Of a DNA stretch of 32,000 nucleotides, positions 24,362 through 30,588 are shown piece by piece; within the stretch, counting starts at the first letter, position 1; each line of letters begins with the position of its first letter. Made by a program: the position numbers and the translations under genes. Source of the DNA: Candidatus Omnitrophota bacterium (GTDB lineage: Bacteria > Omnitrophota > Gorgyraeia > 2-01-FULL-45-10); assembly GCA_023818895.1 (NCBI GenBank), contig JAMWCX010000003.1:1-32000 (forward strand). Reading direction: 5' to 3'. Below the pieces are notes generated by a model. That model worked only from the letters and a program-made list of their open reading frames with translations, did not search any database and was not told the origin of the DNA.

Positions 24362-25411
24362 TTACTCATGAGGCGGTTTATTCCACTTGCCACTAACAAG
24401 CCCTTTGAGCACTTCCCTTATGTCAATATCTCCTGCGCAGGCCTCGACGCATCGGCCACATCCGGTACATGCGAAAGAGTTCATCACCTGAGGGAAAAAG
24501 TCGAACTTTTTGTCAAAGCGGTTACGCAGTCTCTCATAAAGATGCTTGCGGGGATTCGCGCCTCCAGCGACCCGCGCGAATGTGTTGTATAGGCACGCGT
24601 CCCATATCCTGAAGCGCTTGGCGCCGAACCTGTCTTTCTCGTCGAAAAGCAGAAAACAGTGACACGTAGGGCAAGCAAGATTGCAAGCGCCGCACTCGAC
24701 GCATGTAGAGGCCATATCCTTCCAGAAATCGGTTGAATCGTAATTTTTCTTAACAACCCCTCTAATCTGATCGGTATTAGGTATCCCTCTTTTGTCAATA
24801 TAGCTCTGCACTTGCCTTTCGACCGCCTTGCGGGATGACTCCCTAATGGATCTGGCATGGGGGGAAGGCTCCTTGAAAAAGACATTGAAGCCGCTTATGA
24901 TCGCCTCTCCCTTGGGGCCACCAACTTCGACAATGAAATAGTTATCCACAGAAGAAAGATTCAGATCGAAGTCTTTGCGGGGATAAGGGGCTCCATCCAT
25001 GGCAAGGCAAAAACAGGTCTCCTTCGCATAAGTACAATCACATCCTATTATCGTGGTATTATCCCTGTTTTCGGCGTAGAATGGATCTCTTACGTCTCCC
25101 CCTTCGAATACAAAATCTTGGATTGCCAGACTTGCCAAGTCGCATGCCTTGACGCCGACAACTATGGCCGGTCTCGGATCTCTAGTCAAACCGTTAAAAA
25201 CTTTCTCCCGGGCAGGATTCAAGAAAGTCTTTAGTGGTTGGCTCTGCCTTATACCGCCGAGTTCGATAAGGTCCTCTTTGGAGGCATCAAACTCATCAAA
25301 ATATAATTTATCACCTTTGGCATAAGGGACGAAGACACGGTTGATCTCCGCGAGTCTTCCTAAAAGGTCGAAAAGGTCTTTTCTGGATATCGTATATAAA
25401 GCTAGTGGCAT
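24362..25411 (-). CDS. AsrA/HydB-type iron-sulfur subunit (anaerobic sulfite reductase A / sulfhydrogenase beta family)
   Basis: At 349 aa it carries CVECGACNLACPTCHCF and CTGCGRCVEACAGDIDI, plus an upstream CDCTYAKETCFC. It pairs with the AsrB/HydG-like gene. No AsrC-like siroheme subunit is present in the window. Confidence 0.75.
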   Translation of the reverse strand: MPLALYTISRKDLFDLLGRLAEINRVFVPYAKGDKLYFDEFDASKEDLIELGGIRQSQPLKTFLNPAREKVFNGLTRDPRPAIVVGVKACDLASLAIQDFVFEGGDVRDPFYAENRDNTTIIGCDCTYAKETCFCLAMDGAPYPRKDFDLNLSSVDNYFIVEVGGPKGEAIISGFNVFFKEPSPHARSIRESSRKAVERQVQSYIDKRGIPNTDQIRGVVKKNYDSTDFWKDMASTCVECGACNLACPTCHCFLLFDEKDRFGAKRFRIWDACLYNTFARVAGGANPRKHLYERLRNRFDKKFDFFPQVMNSFACTGCGRCVEACAGDIDIREVLKGLVSGKWNKPPHE

Positions 25412-25447
25412 AAAATATTGTTATTTTAATATTATAGAGGAGATTAC

Positions 25448-25476
25448 ATTGTAAACCGATATAGTAGCTAAGTCAA
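25448..25476 (-). promoter_or_regulatory. Sigma70-type promoter for the hydrogenase structural operon
   Basis: The minus strand has TTGACT (25476-25471), a 17-nt spacer and TACAAT (25453-25448). The predicted A/U-rich leader of about 30 nt has no Shine-Dalgarno before the ATG at 25411. Confidence 0.45.
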
Positions 25477-25483
25477 GGTTGAA

Positions 25484-25522
25484 TTTCGGAGGTATCTTTC
25501 GGCTTCCTCAATACCTCCGAAA
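25484..25522 (-). terminator. Perfect 12-bp inverted repeat after the NIL-ferredoxin gene (terminator-like, no U-run)
   Basis: The sequence is TTTCGGAGGTAT-(15 nt)-ATACCTCCGAAA. It lies 57 nt after the NIL-ferredoxin stop and immediately upstream of the -35 element above. Confidence 0.35.
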
Positions 25523-25578
25523 AGGTAGCCATTCAGTTTCCATGCTTTCGATAAACCGAAATTTCAAATATCAAACAA

Positions 25579-25986
25579 CTAGAGCTTGACAATCATTGCC
25601 CGCGGCGGGCATGCCTTTACGCAAAGTTCGCAGGCGATACATTTGTCTGCATCGAATATGACCTTCATCGTCTTTTTGTCGGTATAGAGGGCTCCTGTGG
25701 GACATATGGTAACGCAGGCGCCGCAGTGGGTACACTTGTTTTCATCTCTAGAGACATCCTGATTTAACGGCTGTATCTTAACGCCAGCGGAGGTAAGATA
25801 CTTAATACCCTCCGCGTAGTTCTCCTTCTTGCCTTTAAGCTCAAGAACCATTATCCCCTCCTCTTGCGGGGTGATCTTGGCCTGCAATATATTAAAGACA
25901 AGATCGAAATCCTTAACAAGTTTATAGACTATTGGCTGATCTACCAATTTATGCGGAAACGTAAGCACTATCCTTTTTGAAACCAT
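25579..25986 (-). CDS. NIL-domain / 2x[4Fe-4S] ferredoxin fusion protein
   Basis: The N-terminal ~75 aa (RIVLTFPHKLVDQPIVYKLVKDFDLVFNILQAKITPQEEGIMVLELKG) look like a NIL domain. CTHCGACVTICP and CIACELCVKACP follow. Confidence 0.75.
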   Translation of the reverse strand: MVSKRIVLTFPHKLVDQPIVYKLVKDFDLVFNILQAKITPQEEGIMVLELKGKKENYAEGIKYLTSAGVKIQPLNQDVSRDENKCTHCGACVTICPTGALYTDKKTMKVIFDADKCIACELCVKACPPRAMIVKL

Positions 25987-25996
25987 TGCTACCCCC

Positions 25997-26716
25997 TTAT
26001 GCTAAGACTACCTTCCCCCACATTCCTATCCTATCCTGTATCATCACCAGTACACCGGTTACACCGCTTATCCCTTTTGCAAAATCTATTGCCTTATTAA
26101 GATCGTCGGGCGTTTTTAAAATATTGGCTGCCGCTGTGGCAGCCGCGTCAGCCAGCGCCGTGTCGTCAGATATTATAACAACCGCGTCTGATTTTCCAAA
26201 GCTCAAAGAATGGCTGACAGTGCCGCTGGAAGTGCAGATCCCTATACCGTCTTCGGCCGGTCCGACCTCGATGGCAAGCTTGCCGGTAAATGGCGAATCT
26301 TCTCCAGCGTAAATACCGAGCGTTCTCTTTTTGAAAGTCTTCATAAATATATCACCGCCGTTTTCTATAATAATTTCGTCTGAATATAATACAAGATCTC
26401 TTCCAACTGATTCGGCTATGGCACCCGCGACCGCGGCCATCGGCCCAACACCGGCGCAAGCGGCGGCCTCGGCCATCCACCGGACTATGACAGGGGCGTC
26501 GATCTCGACATTTAGGGGCTCCAGAGACGTCAGAAATTCAGGATGAGTGCGGATATATCCTTCCAGCGCCTGCCGGTTATTCAGGACGCTTGAGCGAGCC
26601 TGCTTTTCGAGGCCTTTTTTCGCGTAGATCGCCAGATCCGTATCTTTCTCGACGACCTCAAAGAAGAAAAGATCACTCGATCCGGTCCAACTTCTGTATG
26701 TGCGCGGTTTATACAA
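25997..26716 (-). CDS. UPF0280 / COG2122 (ApbE-superfamily-like) protein
   Basis: Motifs are FFFEVVEKDTDLAIYA, AGVGPMAAVAGAIAESVG, IIENGGDIF, ICTSSGTVSHSLSFGKSDAVVI and ADAAATAAAN. These match my memory of archaeal UPF0280 proteins. It uses a TTG start, with AGGGG 9 nt upstream. Confidence 0.7.
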   Translation of the reverse strand: MYKPRTYRSWTGSSDLFFFEVVEKDTDLAIYAKKGLEKQARSSVLNNRQALEGYIRTHPEFLTSLEPLNVEIDAPVIVRWMAEAAACAGVGPMAAVAGAIAESVGRDLVLYSDEIIIENGGDIFMKTFKKRTLGIYAGEDSPFTGKLAIEVGPAEDGIGICTSSGTVSHSLSFGKSDAVVIISDDTALADAAATAAANILKTPDDLNKAIDFAKGISGVTGVLVMIQDRIGMWGKVVLA

Positions 26717-26788
26717 GTATCAGACCCCTACCGTCTAAGTTCAAAAAATACCGTCATTTTCTTTTTTGCGCCTTTGCTGTGTTATATT

Positions 26789-27790
26789 CTAGCATATACG
26801 CGGCAATTGTTCTCCAGACAGCATATCGAGAACTCTCGAGCTTCCCGCCAAAGTATTAAGATACACACGCCCCTTATGTTCTTTGGTAACCGTCCCTATT
26901 ATCCTGGCGGCTCTACCCTCTCTTGATTTCCTTACAGCGCTAAGAACCTTCGCGGCATCATTTTTCGACACTATGATGACAACCCTGCCTTCACAGGCAA
27001 GATACAGTGGATCTAAGCCCAGAAGCTCGCAAGCCTCACGCACGCCTTCCCGCACAGGTATTTCCTTCTCTTCTAAGGCGATGCCGAAACCGGATAATTT
27101 TGTTATTTCATTAAGGGTCGTCGCAAGGCCTCCTCTGGTTGGGTCGCGCATAAAGGCAATGTTTTTCGAAACCTTCAACGCCTGGAATATCAGGCCGTTA
27201 AGAGGAGCTGAATCACTTTTGACCTTGGCCCGGAATGCTATTCCCTCCCTTACCGACAGAACGCTTATCGCATGATCACCTATTGGGCCGCTCACAAGCA
27301 CAACATCACCCGGTTTTATTTTACCTACTGAAAGATTTTCGTAACTTACCTTTCCAATACCACTTGTATTTATGAAGATCTTGTCGGCCGATCCCCTTTC
27401 TACTACCTTGGTGTCTCCAGTAACGACTTTGACCCCTGCGGCTCTCGAGGCTGCTCCAACTGACTTTATGACCCTATCGAGAACTGCTTTCGGCAGCCCT
27501 TCCTCTATCACAAGACCGAGCGAGATAAAAATAGGCTTTGCGCCGCAGACCGAGATATCGTTGATGGTCCCGTTCACAGCGAGGCTTCCGATGTCACCGC
27601 CGGGGAAAAAAATCGGGTCGACCACATATGTATCGGTGGTGAACGCTATCTTTTCGTCCCCCAACTTAAGGATGGCCGAATCCTTCCTCTGACTGAGAAT
27701 GCTGTTCGAAAATTCTTTCATGAACAAAGAATCTATCAGCTGGTGCATCATCCTTCCACCGCTTCCGCAAGAAAGTGTTATTCTATCCAT
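26789..27790 (-). CDS. hypE: [NiFe]-hydrogenase maturation protein HypE
   Basis: It has an AIR-synthase-like fold and the diagnostic C-terminal ...LPRIC. I chose the start at 27790 (MDRITLSCGSGGRMMHQLI), one base after the hypD stop. The track's 31-aa extension lies inside hypD. Confidence 0.9.
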   Translation of the reverse strand: MDRITLSCGSGGRMMHQLIDSLFMKEFSNSILSQRKDSAILKLGDEKIAFTTDTYVVDPIFFPGGDIGSLAVNGTINDISVCGAKPIFISLGLVIEEGLPKAVLDRVIKSVGAASRAAGVKVVTGDTKVVERGSADKIFINTSGIGKVSYENLSVGKIKPGDVVLVSGPIGDHAISVLSVREGIAFRAKVKSDSAPLNGLIFQALKVSKNIAFMRDPTRGGLATTLNEITKLSGFGIALEEKEIPVREGVREACELLGLDPLYLACEGRVVIIVSKNDAAKVLSAVRKSREGRAARIIGTVTKEHKGRVYLNTLAGSSRVLDMLSGEQLPRIC

Positions 27791-27791
27791 T

Positions 27792-28871
27792 TTATACACC
27801 ATATTTGTAATATGCGGCGCACGTCCCTTCGCTGGAGACCATGCACGCCCCAACGGGATGTTCCGGTGTGCAGGAACGCCCAAACAGGGCGCATTGGGGC
27901 GGTACTTTCACGCCCTTAAGCACGTCTCCACATATACACCGAGCGTCTTCTCTGACTGGTCTGATATTAGGCGAAAACCTAATATCTGCGTCAAAATCGC
28001 TGAAATCTTTCCTTATCCTAAGGCCGCTTGAGCGCACTTTACCGATACCGCGCCATACGGAATCGGCTTTGACAAAAACCCTTTCCATCACGCGACGCGC
28101 TGTACTGTTACCACTAGGGTGCGTAATTCTTGAATACTCTATTTCTACTTTCGGTTTTTTCTGGCTTATGAGCATGAAAATTGATTCCAGAATATCAACA
28201 GGTTCAAACCCTCCTACCACGCACGATTTACTATACTCTTCCGCTAGAAACTCGTACGGTAAGGAGCCTATGATAGCGCTAACGTGACCCGGAAGTAAAA
28301 ATCCATCTATGCGGGTTCGATTGTCAACCACAAGCTTTTTTAGCGCCTCGGGCATCGTCTTATGGCCGCAAAGAACCGAATAGTTCTTCAACCCTTCTTT
28401 TTTGGCCTCTAAGATTGATGCCGCCACAGTTGGCGCTGTCGTCTCGAACCCTATGCCGAGGAACACCACCTGTCTTCTGGGATATTTTCTGGCAATATCT
28501 AAGGCATCGTCCGTCGAATAGACTAATTTTACTGAGGCACCTGCGGATCTTTCCTTATCCAAGCTAGAATAAGAGCCGGGAACGCGCAGCATGTCGCCGA
28601 AAGTGGCTATCGTCACTTCCGGCATGCGCGAAAGCGCGACTGCTTTATCTATGTATTTTTTGGGGGTAACGCACACCGGACATCCAGGTCCTGAGATAAG
28701 TTTAACGTTGTCGGGTAAAATCTGACGCAACCCCCACCTGGCTATAGCCATTGTATGCGTGCCGCATACTTCCATAATTTTATATTCGGCGCGGCCCGCC
28801 ATCTTCTCCCTTATCAGCCTGGCTATCTTATCTATCAATTTCCTGTTTCTGAATTCATCTACGTATCTCAT
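27792..28871 (-). CDS. hypD: [NiFe]-hydrogenase maturation protein HypD
   Basis: Motifs are MEVCGTHT, GPGCPVCVT, GFETTAPT and LPGHVSAIIG, plus C-terminal Cys motifs. Confidence 0.9.
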   Translation of the reverse strand: MRYVDEFRNRKLIDKIARLIREKMAGRAEYKIMEVCGTHTMAIARWGLRQILPDNVKLISGPGCPVCVTPKKYIDKAVALSRMPEVTIATFGDMLRVPGSYSSLDKERSAGASVKLVYSTDDALDIARKYPRRQVVFLGIGFETTAPTVAASILEAKKEGLKNYSVLCGHKTMPEALKKLVVDNRTRIDGFLLPGHVSAIIGSLPYEFLAEEYSKSCVVGGFEPVDILESIFMLISQKKPKVEIEYSRITHPSGNSTARRVMERVFVKADSVWRGIGKVRSSGLRIRKDFSDFDADIRFSPNIRPVREDARCICGDVLKGVKVPPQCALFGRSCTPEHPVGACMVSSEGTCAAYYKYGV

Positions 28872-29010
28872 TCGCCCAAAATTTTTCCTGCCGATCCATA
28901 TTGGCTACCCTATGCTAAAATTTTTCTATTATTTTAGGGGAGGTTGAATTTTAAACTGGAGGATAAGCAAAATACGGCCACGAAACTGAAAGTTTTCCCT
29001 GCCTTAAAAT

Positions 29011-29217
29011 TTACACCTCCCTGATAAGCTTAAGCATGCCCTTTGCCTCAATAGCGTCGACTTTCTCGATCGCAAATCCGGCATGCAACAAGACGTAGTC
29101 ACCTGGTTTAACACCTTTCAATAGTGAAAAATTGGCCCGACGGCTTAAATTCCCCGCCTTAACGGTGCCTTCGTTGCCATGAATACTAATAACCTTCATT
29201 GGTATCGCAAGACACAT
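29011..29217 (-). CDS. hypC: [NiFe]-hydrogenase maturation chaperone HypC
   Basis: It is 68 aa and begins MCLAIPMKV, giving the essential N-terminal Cys2. Confidence 0.9.
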   Translation of the reverse strand: MCLAIPMKVISIHGNEGTVKAGNLSRRANFSLLKGVKPGDYVLLHAGFAIEKVDAIEAKGMLKLIREV

Positions 29218-29242
29218 ATATCACCTGAGCGTTGAACGTCGG

Positions 29243-30373
29243 TTACCTACCCCTGTAACGGGAGTGCGCGATGGCGATCTGTCCGATAGGGATACCGGAG
29301 TCATTCGCGCTGGTCCTTGAGTGGGTAAATACGCTGAATCCCTTGCTGCGCAATACGTTAACGGTCTTTGCCGTCAAATATTTGTTTTGGAATACGCCGC
29401 CGCTCAAAACCACCTTATCTTTATCTGTTCTTTTTCTTATGCGCGAAGCGACCTCAGCTATGATCTGGGCAATAGTGTTGTGGAATTTGGCGGATACAGT
29501 CGAGCGGCCGATCCCTTTGGCAAGGTCATCGATCACGCCTTCTATAATCTTTTTATAGCCAACGAGCATCCTGTCGCCTTCTGATCTTACATTTAACTGG
29601 TAATGGTCAAATCTGCCTCTAATGGCTATCTTCTCAAGCTCCATTGGCAGCTCGGCCTCATAGGCCGATTTGAATTTGCATAGTATTATTGAGGCGACGG
29701 CGTCGAAAAGCCTGCCCACGCTTGAAGTGAGCGGAGCGTTTAAACTTGAGTCGATCATCCTTTTCACAATCCGCCATTTTCTACGGTCCACTTTGCGCAC
29801 GAAATCTATATCCAGATCCAGGAATCTGTCGCCGAAAGCCCCATAAAGGTGGGTAGCCGCCATACGCCATGGCTCCTTTATCACGGCTTCGCCGCCGGCC
29901 ATAGGAATATACTCGAAATGGCCAGCCCTTCTGAACTTGGCAGGGCTTCCAACAAGGAACTCGCCTCCCCAGATGCAGCCATCCCACCCGAAGCCGGTAC
30001 CGTCGAAAACAACGGCTATAACACCGCCTTTGATGTTGTTGTCAACTATGGCGCTAGCCGCATGAGCCTCGTGGTGCTGGATATCAATTAGCTCGTAGAC
30101 CATACGCTCCAGACCATGCATCTCCGCAAACCTGGTAGAGCAATAGTCCGGATGGTGGTCGCAGGCGATGACGCGAGGTCTTATAGATAGTCTCTTTTCG
30201 GCCTGGATCACGGCATCCTCGTACCTGGCGAGATTGCCAAGCTGGCTTAAATCTCCGAATCCTTCGACCAAGTGAGCTTTATTTCCTTTCGCCAGCGCGA
30301 ACGCGCCTTTAAGGTCAGCGCCTGTGGCGAGTATTGGTGCTTTGACATTGAACGGCAGATTTATAGTTTTCAT
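29243..30373 (-). CDS. hypF: Truncated HypF: the Kae1/TsaD-like carbamoyltransferase domain only
   Basis: The 376-aa protein aligns, from memory, to the C-terminal half of ~750-aa HypF (ILATGADLKGAFALAKG..., CDHHPDY, IQHHEAHAAS, VFDGTGFGWDGCIWGGEF, EPWRMA, LSGGVFQN). No acylphosphatase, CxxC zinc-finger or YrdC-like segment lies upstream in the ORF or the flanking DNA. Confidence 0.8.
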   Translation of the reverse strand: MKTINLPFNVKAPILATGADLKGAFALAKGNKAHLVEGFGDLSQLGNLARYEDAVIQAEKRLSIRPRVIACDHHPDYCSTRFAEMHGLERMVYELIDIQHHEAHAASAIVDNNIKGGVIAVVFDGTGFGWDGCIWGGEFLVGSPAKFRRAGHFEYIPMAGGEAVIKEPWRMAATHLYGAFGDRFLDLDIDFVRKVDRRKWRIVKRMIDSSLNAPLTSSVGRLFDAVASIILCKFKSAYEAELPMELEKIAIRGRFDHYQLNVRSEGDRMLVGYKKIIEGVIDDLAKGIGRSTVSAKFHNTIAQIIAEVASRIRKRTDKDKVVLSGGVFQNKYLTAKTVNVLRSKGFSVFTHSRTSANDSGIPIGQIAIAHSRYRGR

Positions 30374-30382
30374 AGTGTTAAT

Positions 30383-30391
30383 ATTATATCA
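30383..30391 (-). promoter_or_regulatory. Extended -10 promoter element for the hyp operon
   Basis: The minus strand reads TGaTATAAT and ends 9 nt before the hypF ATG (30373). This implies a very short leader or none. I saw no good -35. Confidence 0.35.
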
Positions 30392-30463
30392 GATGGATGA
30401 CTGTTAAAGGTATATTTTTCGGACCGTTAAACGCGCAAGATGAAAAATTTCTTTACTTTACAC

Positions 30464-30491
30464 TTGACAAATAAAGCGGATGTGGTATATT
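30464..30491 (+). promoter_or_regulatory. Sigma70-type promoter for the HTH-glnA gene
   Basis: It has TTGACA (30464-30469), a 16-nt spacer and TGgTATATT (extended -10; hexamer at 30486-30491). The layout matches the tpsA promoter. Confidence 0.55.
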
Positions 30492-30588
30492 TACGAATGT
30501 AAACCATAACTATGATGGTATTTTTTAATGGTATGCGGTGCCTAATTTTTAAGCATCTCAAACCAAATCTAAGGAAAGGAGCTTTTAC

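Noticed and set aside
28872-29010. A 139-nt hypC-hypD spacer with two plus-strand GGAGG strings (GGGGAGGTTGAATTTTAAACTGGAGG)
   Set aside because: No start codon or ORF follows on the plus strand. The overlapping 60-62-aa track ORFs are antisense and hydrophobic junk. I could not define a convincing hairpin or promoter.
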